Shown here in pieces: positions 38,622 to 47,966 of a stretch of 64,000 bases of DNA. The stretch is taken from the NCBI GenBank assembly GCA_024694625.1, contig JAILJP010000114.1:10160-74159 (forward strand), read 5' to 3'. The notes under the pieces are model-generated. The model did not search any database. It had not been told where the DNA came from and saw only the letters and a list, made by a program, of their open reading frames with translations. The stretch is from Lachnospiraceae bacterium. Lineage in GTDB: Bacteria > Bacillota > Clostridia > Lachnospirales > Lachnospiraceae. The translations under genes were made by a program, and so were the position numbers. Positions within the stretch are counted from its first letter, which is position 1. Each line of letters starts with the position of its first letter.

Positions 38622-39603
38622 CCTCCTGCTCCTCTCTTATTACTGAAGTAACTCGAACAGCGTAATTTTTTCCGGAAGACCCCGGCAACGCTGTGAATTT
38701 TTTGATATCACCCACATATATATCCAATTCGTCGTCCACTTTTCGGTCTAAACGAATGATATCACCGGGTTGAATTGCGGCAAAATCGGAAACGCTGATG
38801 GAACTGTTTCCCAAAACCGCTGTAACCGGAATGGAAGCTTTTGAAATAAGGGCTTCCAAATCCCCGGAAAAGCCTTCTTCTGTCTTGTCCTGCATGTTGG
38901 AATACCAGAATTTGGTATTTAACTTGTCCATAACAGGTTCTAATGTCAGATAAGGCAAGCACAAATTGATTAATCCCTCTACATCACCAATTTTGATGTT
39001 TATGGTGACAATGGCAATCATTTCTGTAGGGGAAATAATCTGCGCAAACTGTGGATTTGTTTCTATCCTCTCTAAACGGGGATTGACATCCAATACATTT
39101 TCCCAAGGCTCCCGCATTAATTCCACACAGGAAGTCATGACTCTTTCAATAATTAAAAGCTCAATCTCAGAAAATTCCCTGGTTTTTTCTAATGGTTCTC
39201 CTTCGCCGCCAAGCATACGGTCAATAATGGCATAGCCTAGCTTTGTGGCCATTTCCATAATGATATTTCCCTTTAAGGGAGCAAAATCAATAATTCCAAG
39301 TAAAACTGGATTGGAAAGGGCGTTGGAAAACTCCATGTAGGTTACTGCTTCTGAGTTCATTACCTCAACCTGGATATTCTTACGCAGGTAAATAGGTAAA
39401 TTGGTTGAAAGCAGTCTACCGTAGTTGTCGTATATAATCTCTAAGGTTCGTAAGTGTTCTTTCGAAAACTTGGATGGACGAGCAAAATCGTACTCCTTCA
39501 CCTGAACCTCATTGGCTTTTTTCATTTCATCTACATCGACTTCTCCACTACTTAAAGCCTTCAGTAGGTTGTCTATCTCGTTCTGAGACAGTACATCACT
39601 CAT
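38614..39603 (-). CDS. fliM: flagellar motor switch protein FliM
   Basis: The N-terminal CheY-P binding peptide LSQNEIDNLL, the FliM core and a C-terminal SpoA-like domain. Confidence 0.95.
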   Translation of the reverse strand: MSDVLSQNEIDNLLKALSSGEVDVDEMKKANEVQVKEYDFARPSKFSKEHLRTLEIIYDNYGRLLSTNLPIYLRKNIQVEVMNSEAVTYMEFSNALSNPVLLGIIDFAPLKGNIIMEMATKLGYAIIDRMLGGEGEPLEKTREFSEIELLIIERVMTSCVELMREPWENVLDVNPRLERIETNPQFAQIISPTEMIAIVTINIKIGDVEGLINLCLPYLTLEPVMDKLNTKFWYSNMQDKTEEGFSGDLEALISKASIPVTAVLGNSSISVSDFAAIQPGDIIRLDRKVDDELDIYVGDIKKFTALPGSSGKNYAVRVTSVIREEQEDG

Positions 39604-39637
39604 TCATCCTCACCACCTTTATACCAAAAGTTGCTTC

Positions 39638-40168
39638 TTATTGATACTGAATCTCAGTAAATCCTACAGAAACAATAAAGGAAGAATCACCAAAATAGGT
39701 ATTACACAAATCACGAATCTCATCCAAAGGAGCATTCTGATTTGATTTAATATCATCAATTGTATATTGAGAAATTACTTTGTTGATATTCACTTTGTAT
39801 ACATCATCGTAAAGACTGGCGTTTTCTTCACCACCAAAGGTCTCGAACTTTTCGCTGGTGTTGTTCATGGTTACGGAAATCTTTGCAACAATAAAATGGC
39901 TTTCTCCGTCTCCGTTGTCTTTTAAGTTGATGGTCATTGCCTCACCACCGTTTACTGCATATCTGAACTGGCTTTCTACAGGGACGGAAGCTGCAGCGTC
40001 TGCATCGGATCCGGTCTTTACATCCAGCTCAATGGCTTCGGAAACTTTGGAAATAAGTGAATTTACATTGTTGATTTCTGGAACTACTGCAAAAACAATT
40101 ACAGCGGAAAGAACCAGATTTACCAAGCATAATACCAATGTAATGACTGTCATTAAATTCTTTTTCAT
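39638..40168 (-). CDS. fliL: flagellar basal-body-associated protein FliL
   Basis: A 176-aa single-TM protein between motB and fliM, with a C-terminal FliL-like pattern (DEIRDLCNTYFGDSSFIVSVGFTEIQYQ). Confidence 0.7.
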   Translation of the reverse strand: MKKNLMTVITLVLCLVNLVLSAVIVFAVVPEINNVNSLISKVSEAIELDVKTGSDADAAASVPVESQFRYAVNGGEAMTINLKDNGDGESHFIVAKISVTMNNTSEKFETFGGEENASLYDDVYKVNINKVISQYTIDDIKSNQNAPLDEIRDLCNTYFGDSSFIVSVGFTEIQYQ

Positions 40169-40182
40169 TTCAAATCTCCTAA

Positions 40183-41064
40183 TTATTCAGATACTCCTGA
40201 AGAGTTGTATGAGTTGTATATTTTAATTTCTACTCTACGGTTTCGGGCTCTGCCCTCCGGAGTAGAATTGTCTGCAATTGGATTGTAAGCGCCTCTACCA
40301 GTAGATACCACATTGGCAGGATCTACAGCTGTAGCGAATTCACGAATATGATTTGCTACATAAAGGGCTCTGTACATGGAAAGCACATCATTACTCTCAT
40401 ACTTTGCAGAATTGATAGGAACATTGTCGGTGTAACCTTCCACATCAATAATGTTTGATGTATATACATTTAACATCTTTGAAATATTTTCAATTAAAGG
40501 CATAGCCTCTGGGGTCAACTCAGCAGAACCGGATTCAAACAAAAGAGCTCCGTTTAAAGTGATTCGCACATATTGACCGTTGAAATCCACTTCAATTTGA
40601 TCCTGAATACCATATTGAGTGGCTAAGGCTTCGATATTTTCGGCCATCTCTTCGGATTCGTTCAGCTGTTGTTGCTCATAATTTTCCATGGCACTTTCAG
40701 CTGCAGCCTCCTGGGCCTCCTGTATCATTTCCTCTACGGATTTTTCTTGATCACCGTCTCCGGCATCCACTTCGTCCTGTCCGTCTCCATCCGACATGGT
40801 ATCACCAAAATAATTGGCGATTTCAGGCAACTGTGAAATACCTGAAGAAACCATAGCTCCTTCGATTACCTGTGTACCGCTGGTAGGAAGAATGGAAAAC
40901 GCCTGATTTAATGATTGCACTACCTGTTCGTATTTCGAAGCATCTACTGATGACATGGAAAAAAGTAACACGAAGAAGCAAAGTAACAAGTTCATCAAAT
41001 CACTGAAGGTCGCCATCCACGCCGGGGAACCTTTCGGAGGATCTTCCTGCTTGGGTTTTCCCAT
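40183..41064 (-). CDS. motB: flagellar stator protein MotB
   Basis: A TM with the conserved Asp (WMATFSDLMNLLLCFFVLLF) and a C-terminal OmpA-like PG-binding domain (VEGYTDNVPI, RNRRVEIKI). Confidence 0.93.
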   Translation of the reverse strand: MGKPKQEDPPKGSPAWMATFSDLMNLLLCFFVLLFSMSSVDASKYEQVVQSLNQAFSILPTSGTQVIEGAMVSSGISQLPEIANYFGDTMSDGDGQDEVDAGDGDQEKSVEEMIQEAQEAAAESAMENYEQQQLNESEEMAENIEALATQYGIQDQIEVDFNGQYVRITLNGALLFESGSAELTPEAMPLIENISKMLNVYTSNIIDVEGYTDNVPINSAKYESNDVLSMYRALYVANHIREFATAVDPANVVSTGRGAYNPIADNSTPEGRARNRRVEIKIYNSYNSSGVSE

Positions 41065-41858
41065 TAGCCTTCACCTCCATCGCCTTCACCAATACTATTA
41101 CGAGCATCCGGCGGCAAGAAGGTCTTCAACTTCTCTTCGATTACTCGTGGGTTTTCCCCTGCCTGAATAGAAAGCAAACCTTCTACGGCTACTGTACGAA
41201 CCTGAATTTCCAGGGCGTTATCTACAGCAAGTTTTGCTGAAGTAGGTCCTGTTAACCAGTTTGCAATCAAAGACCCGTACAAAGTGGTAAGCAAAGCAAC
41301 CGCCATGTTTGGTCCGATTGTACTAAAGTCTGACAAGTTCTTTAACATGTTAACCAAACCTACCAAGGTACCAATCATACCCCAAGCAGGTCCCATTTCA
41401 CCCCATTTATCCCAAAAGCCGATAACTTTTTTGTGACGGGCTTCCATATTGTCCAAATCTGTTTCAAGAATCGCACGAACCAAATCTGCGTCCGTACCAT
41501 CTACGACTAACATGATTCCTTTTTTTAAGAATTCATCTTCTATGTTATTTGCCTGTTCTTCCAAAGCCAAAAGACCTTCTTTACGGGCAACGTTTGACAT
41601 ATCGATAATTGTTTTAATAACTTCTGTCGGATCGGATTGAGCCGGTTCTTTGATAGATACTCCAATACCCTTTAATCCGTTGATAAAGTCCGGCATTTTG
41701 TTTGATGCCAAGGTCGAAGCCAATGAACCACCAATGGTAATGATTACTGACGGCGGATCCACGAAGTTTCCAAGTGCGGAAACACCACCGGAAGATACGA
41801 TACCGAATACTACCATTACTAAGCCCAATGCAAGACCTGCAAGAGATGCTATATCCAA
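41064..41858 (-). CDS. motA: flagellar stator protein MotA
   Basis: A MotA/TolQ/ExbB channel (PAWGMIGTLVGLVNML). The tracked ORF begins at a TTG at 41879 that has no SD. A second TTG at 41856-41858 (LDIASLAGL, the usual MotA N-terminus) follows GGGGTGAG, so I call that start. Confidence 0.9.
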   Translation of the reverse strand: MDIASLAGLALGLVMVVFGIVSSGGVSALGNFVDPPSVIITIGGSLASTLASNKMPDFINGLKGIGVSIKEPAQSDPTEVIKTIIDMSNVARKEGLLALEEQANNIEDEFLKKGIMLVVDGTDADLVRAILETDLDNMEARHKKVIGFWDKWGEMGPAWGMIGTLVGLVNMLKNLSDFSTIGPNMAVALLTTLYGSLIANWLTGPTSAKLAVDNALEIQVRTVAVEGLLSIQAGENPRVIEEKLKTFLPPDARNSIGEGDGGEG

Positions 41859-41923
41859 ATTTCTCACCCCACTGCGCAATGATTAATGAATAAATAAAAG
41901 TGCGCAAATCTACACTTGTTATA

Positions 41924-41952
41924 ATATTACTAGATTTTCATAATAATGTCTA
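41924..41952 (-). promoter_or_regulatory. candidate sigma-A promoter for motA-motB-fliL...
   Basis: TAGACA (41947-41952), a 17-bp spacer, then TAATAT (41924-41929), in the 228-bp AT-rich spacer between flgE and motA. Confidence 0.4.
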
Positions 41953-42050
41953 CTTTATTTTTGAGAAAAAACTTTATCTAGTTGCTATTTTTAACAATTC
42001 ATGAAAAAAAACACTAAATCTAGAATTGGTTCAAATTTGCACACAAATTC

Positions 42051-42085
42051 AAAAACTGCCACTTAACCAGATGGAAAAGTGACAG
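42051..42085 (-). terminator. rho-independent terminator after flgE (symmetrical, A-run/T-run on both sides)
   Basis: CUGUCACUU-UUCCAUCUGGUU-AAGUGGCAG (9 bp, one G-U pair) followed by UUUUUGAA, about 22 nt after the flgE stop. Confidence 0.7.
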
Positions 42086-42107
42086 TTTTTTCGTTATATC
42101 AATAACA

Positions 42108-43895
42108 TTATCTCTTCAGATTTGTAAGTTCTTCAAGCATCGTATCTGAAACGGTAATGATACGTGAATTTGCCTGGAAACCACGCTGTGTGGTAATCAT
42201 ATCGGTAAACTCTGTAGATAAGTCAACGTTTGACATTTCAAGCTGACCGGTATTCATAGAACCACCGTCTGCTGTTACATCTACACCGATTCCATCGAAA
42301 TCACCGGAGTTCAATGTTGTGGTATAACAGTTGTTTCCTAAGCTTTCCAAACCGGAAGCGTTGGTAAACTGTGCTACTGCAATCTGTCCCAAAAGAACGG
42401 TATTACCATTATCGTAAGAACCATAAATCTCACCATTTTGCTGAATGGAAATTCCGGTTAAAGCACCAAGCTTTTTACCTGCTCCAAGGGAAGAACTGTC
42501 AACGTTTCCTCGGTCCATACCTAAGGTAGATGCTCCACCGTTGTCGTAGTTCAATACCTTTGTAAAGTCAGCGTTGATAGGTGCTGTAAACTGATCTCCT
42601 AAAACATTTACGTTAATGTTTACGGTGTTGTCTCCGTTAATGCTGGAGAATGTACCGTTTGAAGTGTTGAACAAAAGCTCATAGTTTACTGCAGTTGAAA
42701 TTACACGAAGTGAATCACCTGCGATGGAAACATTTGCTGAGTTTCCTGTAGTTCCAAGCTGTGCGTATACAGAAGCTGCCTGAGCACTGGTTAATCCGTA
42801 AAGTTTCTGTAATGAAACAAACTCAGTATCGGTAGCGTCTGCAGGGTTTGTTAAAACAAGACCATATTCAGTATAAGTCTGACCATCAACGGTAATTGTT
42901 GTTGCTCCTGCAGGGTCGGTAACAAAGTTTGTTACACCAAGGGAAGCATCATAACTCTTCAATCCATCAGATGTGGAATAAACACCTGCGTTGTATTTAT
43001 AGCTGGCAGAAACGGTATATTCTGTTGCTTCAGAACCACCTGCAGCACCAAATACGTTTGCCAAAGCTAAATCAGAAAGTTCTTCGTCTGTTAAAGTGGT
43101 ACCAACATTGTCAGATCTGTACTGTGCTACGTACTGATTAATGTAAGTCTGCAAAACGTTGTTGTTGTCAGCATCGTAAATACCAGTAAGTTTTACGGTG
43201 TATGAGTTGTTTCCGTCCTTATCAGCATCTGAAGTATCATATCCTTTTACAGAAAATTTTGCTGTATAAGCATAACCTAAATTATCGAAGAAAGATAAGC
43301 TCATTACATAACCGCTGGAGCTTGTGATGTTTGTATCGTTTTTATCAATTACTCCGCTGGCAGTTGCAAATGTTGTTGCTTCAGGAGCTGAAGTTAAGTT
43401 TGCAGGCTGCATAATACGAAGAGGTGAAACGGTATCTTTTACAATAGCGGTCTGTGTATCGTTTGTCTGCCATCCTTGTACAAGATAACCGGTAGAAGTC
43501 ATTGCAAGGTTTCCGTTTCCGTCTAAGTAGAAGGAACCTGCTCTCGTAAACAAATTCTGTGATCCGTTGTTTACAATAAAGAAGTTTGTAGAGTTGGAAT
43601 CAGAAAGTTTGATATCCAACGCATCACCGGTTGACTGAGCAGAACCTGTGGATGTAATAGTAACTTTGGTTGATCCGGATGTAACACCAAGACCAATCTG
43701 CTTTGCATTTACACCACCGGTGGTTTCTGTTGCTGCACTAGCTCCAGATGTGGTCTGATACATAATATCTGAAAAAGTAACGGATGAAGATTTAAACGCT
43801 ACTGTATTTACGTTTGCGATGTTATTACCAATAACATCCATTCTTGTCTGGTGGGTTTTCAAACCGGAAACACCAGAATAAAGTGATCTCATCAT
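42108..43895 (-). CDS. flgE: flagellar hook protein FlgE (long, 595 aa)
   Basis: Conserved N-terminus MRSLYSGVSGLKTHQTRMDVIGNNIANVNTVAFK and C-terminus LEMSNVDLSTEFTDMITTQRGFQANSRIITVSDTMLEEL, around a large T/S/N/G-rich central region. Confidence 0.93.
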   Translation of the reverse strand: MMRSLYSGVSGLKTHQTRMDVIGNNIANVNTVAFKSSSVTFSDIMYQTTSGASAATETTGGVNAKQIGLGVTSGSTKVTITSTGSAQSTGDALDIKLSDSNSTNFFIVNNGSQNLFTRAGSFYLDGNGNLAMTSTGYLVQGWQTNDTQTAIVKDTVSPLRIMQPANLTSAPEATTFATASGVIDKNDTNITSSSGYVMSLSFFDNLGYAYTAKFSVKGYDTSDADKDGNNSYTVKLTGIYDADNNNVLQTYINQYVAQYRSDNVGTTLTDEELSDLALANVFGAAGGSEATEYTVSASYKYNAGVYSTSDGLKSYDASLGVTNFVTDPAGATTITVDGQTYTEYGLVLTNPADATDTEFVSLQKLYGLTSAQAASVYAQLGTTGNSANVSIAGDSLRVISTAVNYELLFNTSNGTFSSINGDNTVNINVNVLGDQFTAPINADFTKVLNYDNGGASTLGMDRGNVDSSSLGAGKKLGALTGISIQQNGEIYGSYDNGNTVLLGQIAVAQFTNASGLESLGNNCYTTTLNSGDFDGIGVDVTADGGSMNTGQLEMSNVDLSTEFTDMITTQRGFQANSRIITVSDTMLEELTNLKR

Positions 43896-43908
43896 AATAT
43901 TTGTCCTC

Positions 43909-44313
43909 CTAGGCTATAACAGCCCCATCAATATTTGTAAATATTCCTTCTTCTGATTGGTTGTTTTCCAATGCGGTAATTACTGTGTTGGAAGGTACAT
44001 TTACGATAAAAGCTAAGGAATCCACCATAACCAAAGAATCTTGAATGCCTTTGGCTTCTGCTTTTTGAACTCCCTGATTTAATCTGTATTTTTGTTCTTC
44101 CGTAATTTGGATATCTCTATCATCCAGTCTTTTTGCTGCATGTTTTGAGAATTTCACTTCTCCTTCCGTGGATGCTTCTTTTATGTCAAATTGATTTTGT
44201 AAATAAGAAGCAAAGGAATCAGAGATATTCATATTGGAAGATTTACTGCCGGTATTCAGATATTGATCTGTAACCTGCTGTATGGAAGTAAATCCACTTG
44301 ATATCTGATTCAT
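43909..44313 (-). CDS. flagellar operon protein (TIGR02530 flg_new-like)
   Basis: 134 aa between flgD and flgE, with KFSKHAAKRLDDRDIQITEEQ as in the Firmicutes flagellar operon protein family. Recalled from memory and not searched. Confidence 0.65.
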   Translation of the reverse strand: MNQISSGFTSIQQVTDQYLNTGSKSSNMNISDSFASYLQNQFDIKEASTEGEVKFSKHAAKRLDDRDIQITEEQKYRLNQGVQKAEAKGIQDSLVMVDSLAFIVNVPSNTVITALENNQSEEGIFTNIDGAVIA

Positions 44314-44327
44314 ATAATTCCTCCAAA

Positions 44328-45023
44328 TTATGCTGTCGTTGTGGAAGTATCAGTTGCTGTAGCACTATCTGTAGTACTATCTGTCGTACTGCTTGTTGAA
44401 TCCGTTTTGGTTGATGATGCGTTAAGTTTTGTTTCCAAAGCGGTAAGTTTTGCCAAATCACTTTGATTGATAAAGGTTTTTTGATAATCACTCAAAGCGT
44501 TGTAATAAGCTCTGGCATTGGCAATATCTGTTGCATTTTGACTAGTAACATCTGATACAGAAGGTAATTTCGCCATAGCAGATGAGAAAGCGCTTGCCAA
44601 AACACCAGCTTCGTAATAACTAGAATCCTGTACGGATGTAATATTGTCAACACTGTAAGTCTTTCCGTCAATGGAAATTAAAATATCATCACTGTCTGTG
44701 GTTACGTATTCAACAAATCCATTTGCTGTATTTCCATCATCATCAGTAACCGTTACATAGTTTCCAACCAAAGCGGAAGCCTGTAATTCATTCATCTTAT
44801 CGGATACGGAATTCAAAGCTTCAACCTGGGAAAAGGTAGCCATTTCTTTTACGTATTCCGAGTTGTCTGTAGGCTGTAACGGATCCTGATACTGCATCTC
44901 AGTTACCAACAACTGTAAAAACATTTCCTTTGTGGAATCTGTTTTGCTCTTCGATGTGGTAGAGGTGGATGAAGTTTTATCAGAAACATATTTTCCGTCT
45001 TGAATTTCCTGAACTAAAGACAT
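44328..45023 (-). CDS. flgD: flagellar hook assembly/capping protein FlgD
   Basis: Signature FLQLLVTEMQYQDPLQP, with an S/T-rich C-terminal tail. Confidence 0.92.
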   Translation of the reverse strand: MSLVQEIQDGKYVSDKTSSTSTTSKSKTDSTKEMFLQLLVTEMQYQDPLQPTDNSEYVKEMATFSQVEALNSVSDKMNELQASALVGNYVTVTDDDGNTANGFVEYVTTDSDDILISIDGKTYSVDNITSVQDSSYYEAGVLASAFSSAMAKLPSVSDVTSQNATDIANARAYYNALSDYQKTFINQSDLAKLTALETKLNASSTKTDSTSSTTDSTTDSATATDTSTTTA

Positions 45024-45037
45024 AACCTATTCCTTTC

Positions 45038-46603
45038 TTATGCGGTAAAGTTGACGGAATTTCCGGAATCTTTCATCATGGATGCGGCCAAAAGTTCCTC
45101 TTCAGATAAATCTTCCGGTAGTTCATCAACACCATTCAAATTAATATTTCTTATTCGATTTGTCGAAGGGGAATCTTCCTTTCCTTCTCCGGCAAATTGA
45201 TGTTGTTCATTTTGAAAAGCTGTATTTGCCTGCTGTTCAAGCTGTTCTTCAAACTCTCTGGTTCCTACGGAAATCTCAACAGAATTTACTTTCAATCCCT
45301 GCTGTGCCCAGTTTTCTTTTAAGGCTAACATTTGAGTTTCCATAGCAGCTTTTACATCATGGTTTTGCGTATATAGCTTAGCTGAAATCGTTCCTTCGTT
45401 TTCAGTTACCTGCAAATACATCTTTCCAAGTGATGCAGGATGTAATTCCAATTCCATTGTTGTGGAATTATCTGCTACAACTGTTCTTGTCTGGGTAACA
45501 ATCTGATCCATAATATCTTCTACATCAATGGAGGTATAAGAAGAAATTGTTTCTTCTACCTGAGATGCAAAACTAACATTTTGTTCAGATTGGAAGGTAA
45601 CTCCGGAAGGAACCGACGTATCAGAAACAACCACATGTGACATCATGTCATTTGAAGTATTGTTTTGATTTGAATTCGTAGGCTGTTCAAAAGACTGTTT
45701 GGTGTTTGATGTATCAGCCGTTGTGGTTGAAACGATCGTTTTGTCTGTTTCCATTTCCACAACTTCTTCAAAATCAAAGTTTTCAAGTTCTGTTTCCACT
45801 TTTTCCTTCTGGGATACCAAGGGTGCTTCCGCAATAACAGGTGTCTCAATCTCTGTTGTGGTCTGCGGAGCTTTTTGGTTTGATTCAACGGCTTGAATCA
45901 CTGGATCTGAATTTAAGATTTGGTTTGTCAAAACCTCTTCCATAGGTTCTAACGCTCCAAAAACCTCTCCGTTAGGTCCAAGTATTTCTGGAGTTTTCAT
46001 AATCTCAAATTCGGATACTTCCAAATCATTGATTGTAAGCAGTTCGTCAAATTCTTTGGGAGTTTCAACCTCTAAGGTTTGAAACAGATTTTCAACCAAA
46101 GGTTCTACCTCAGTTAGAATATTGGATACTGTATCAGTTAAAAGTAACGATACATCTCCTTCTTCTGTAAGTTCTCCCAACAGTTTGGTAATGTCTTCAG
46201 GATTTGTAAGATCTACAAGTGTAAGCCCCAAGGAAGTCATTGCATTTTCGATTTCCTCTGTACTGACATCCATTTCATCAGAAATCACTTTTTGTACTTC
46301 CTGAACAAAATCCTCAACTGCTGTTTCAATCTCATCCACTTCTTTGGTGGACATTTTCAGTGAAGTCTTATTTTCGATTGGAATATTATCGGTTGGAATT
46401 CCTTTTGTTTGATATGAATTTAATGTCTCTGTTTTTTGCGGTGCACTTACATGTTCTGAAACATCTGTTGTTTGAGAATTCTGTAATGATGTGTTCACCA
46501 TTGACATAAAATCTGTGGAATTAACCTTTGACTTCGCTGCGGATTTGGCTTGTGTGTTCAACATCATTCCGTTAGGAATCTGAGACACATTCGCGCTTGT
46601 CAT
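45038..46603 (-). CDS. fliK: flagellar hook-length control protein FliK
   Basis: 521 aa. A low-complexity T/E/S-rich N-terminal ruler and a C-terminal Flg_hook domain (MELELHPASLGKMYLQVTENEGTISAKLYTQNHDVK). Confidence 0.88.
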   Translation of the reverse strand: MTSANVSQIPNGMMLNTQAKSAAKSKVNSTDFMSMVNTSLQNSQTTDVSEHVSAPQKTETLNSYQTKGIPTDNIPIENKTSLKMSTKEVDEIETAVEDFVQEVQKVISDEMDVSTEEIENAMTSLGLTLVDLTNPEDITKLLGELTEEGDVSLLLTDTVSNILTEVEPLVENLFQTLEVETPKEFDELLTINDLEVSEFEIMKTPEILGPNGEVFGALEPMEEVLTNQILNSDPVIQAVESNQKAPQTTTEIETPVIAEAPLVSQKEKVETELENFDFEEVVEMETDKTIVSTTTADTSNTKQSFEQPTNSNQNNTSNDMMSHVVVSDTSVPSGVTFQSEQNVSFASQVEETISSYTSIDVEDIMDQIVTQTRTVVADNSTTMELELHPASLGKMYLQVTENEGTISAKLYTQNHDVKAAMETQMLALKENWAQQGLKVNSVEISVGTREFEEQLEQQANTAFQNEQHQFAGEGKEDSPSTNRIRNINLNGVDELPEDLSEEELLAASMMKDSGNSVNFTA

Positions 46604-46675
46604 ATTTTTTACAAGTCTCCTTTCTTCGCCCTCCGTAGCAAAAATAAGATGCCATCCTTTGCATCGTATATAATT

Positions 46676-47488
46676 CTAAGGTTCCATGAGTTTTGTGATA
46701 CTGGCCGCAGTATCGGAATCCATGGCACCGAGAATTTTAGCTCGTGAATCTGTGTCCATAGCCCAGAGTATTTTTCCAACAAGTTTTAAATCGTTGGTCA
46801 TGGTATTGAAAATTGCAGCTGCCTGCGCCGGTTTCATATTTGCGTAGGTGTTTGCGTATTCGGTAATCTCTTCGTCTTCTTGGATTTGACCAACAACCTG
46901 TTTGTAGATTACTTCAGCATTTTCCGGCTCAATACTCTCATAATACTCTTTATATTCTTCTATATCGGGTGAATTGTCTCCAAAAACAACCTCTTCATAG
47001 AATTTTTCTTTAATTTCTTCGAAATTTTTTTCGTTTGCCTTATAGGTGGCTAATTCTTGAGCCTGAGCTTCCAAATCTGCCACATAGCTAGCGTCCGCTT
47101 CACCAGAAGATTTGGCCTCTTCCAACTGTGCTTCCAACTCTTTAATACGAACAACTGCGTCTTCTACACTATCAAACTGATAAGCTGCATCTTCTTCCGC
47201 ATATTCCTCGGTTTCAGGCAAAATCTTATTTACGTAAGGAACATCCTTTAAGATGGGATAAAAGTATGTGGAACCAATGCCGCCCACATCCATTTTTATT
47301 AGCAAAGCAAAGATTGCCAGCCATACAATAGCTATCAAAATACCTACAATGACAATCAGGGCGGTTCCTCCGTCTTCTTCTTCCTCACCTTCAGGATTTT
47401 CCCCTTTTTTTGCAGCTTTCTTTGCTGCTTTTTTCTCTTCTTTTTCTTTTTTCTTTTGTTCTTTCTTTGATAATTCTTCTTCTGCCAT
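46676..47488 (-). CDS. YlxF/MotE-like flagellar protein (MgtE-N-like C-terminus)
   Basis: A K/E-rich N-terminus, one TM, a coiled coil, and C-terminal KPAQAAAIFNTMTNDLKLVGKILWAMDTDSRAKILGAMD. It sits between fliJ and fliK like B. subtilis ylxF. Confidence 0.7.
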   Translation of the reverse strand: MAEEELSKKEQKKKEKEEKKAAKKAAKKGENPEGEEEEDGGTALIVIVGILIAIVWLAIFALLIKMDVGGIGSTYFYPILKDVPYVNKILPETEEYAEEDAAYQFDSVEDAVVRIKELEAQLEEAKSSGEADASYVADLEAQAQELATYKANEKNFEEIKEKFYEEVVFGDNSPDIEEYKEYYESIEPENAEVIYKQVVGQIQEDEEITEYANTYANMKPAQAAAIFNTMTNDLKLVGKILWAMDTDSRAKILGAMDSDTAASITKLMEP

Positions 47489-47490
47489 GT

Positions 47491-47943
47491 TTAACTCCGA
47501 TTATTGTTGTTATGATAGGTAAAACTTACCAATTGGTCTGTTTCTTTACTCTCTTCTTGTTTTAATTCTTCTTTAAAGTTTTCAAAGGCCTTTTCTCTTA
47601 ATTTTTCATGAGTCTTACGATCCTTCATGATTTCATCCAAGCGAATTCTGGCAATTTCCACTTCTCTTTGGGCCTTTTGAATCACCAACATCTGATCTCG
47701 AATCATGGATTTCATAGTATTGATGGATTCTTTGCAATTTTTAATATCTCTGATATTTAATTCTCCGGAAGTCATATCTTTTAGCATCTGTTCGTATGAA
47801 CTTCTTCGAATCATAAGGGCAGAAAGTTTTTCCTGTTCTTCCATAAGCTTTGCATTGGCAATGGAAAAGGCGATTTTTTCCTGGCTTTCGATTTTCTTTT
47901 TTAATTCAAGAATGTTTTGCATTCGATAGACAAACTTCGCCAT
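47491..47943 (-). CDS. fliJ: flagellar export chaperone/stalk protein FliJ
   Basis: A 150-aa coiled coil starting MAKFVYRMQNILELKKKIE, directly after fliI. Confidence 0.88.
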   Translation of the reverse strand: MAKFVYRMQNILELKKKIESQEKIAFSIANAKLMEEQEKLSALMIRRSSYEQMLKDMTSGELNIRDIKNCKESINTMKSMIRDQMLVIQKAQREVEIARIRLDEIMKDRKTHEKLREKAFENFKEELKQEESKETDQLVSFTYHNNNNRS

Positions 47944-47966
47944 GAAATCACCTCCTACTTATGATT

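Noticed and set aside
41880-42107. A search for a missing flbD or other small gene in the flgE-motA spacer, including a 21-codon plus-strand ORF at 42001-42066 (MKKNTKSRIGSNLHTNSKTAT)
   Set aside because: The minus-strand frames are full of stops. The plus-strand mini-ORF has no SD and overlaps the terminator stem, so I treat it as non-coding.
46604-46675. A possible attenuator hairpin (GATGC...GCATC followed by a T-run) between the ylxF-like gene and fliK
   Set aside because: The stem is only 5 bp with a long loop, which is too weak to call a terminator.
46710-46739. A sigma-28-like promoter (TAAA ... CCGATAC) at the 3' end of the ylxF-like gene upstream of fliK. Other CCGATA hits lie inside flhG (~30068), flgC (~53605), cheD (~24173) and polC.
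   Set aside because: The spacing between TAAA and CCGATA is 19 nt here, against ~16 in the TAAA-N15-GCCGATAA consensus. The other hits lack a -35 TAAA at any plausible spacing.
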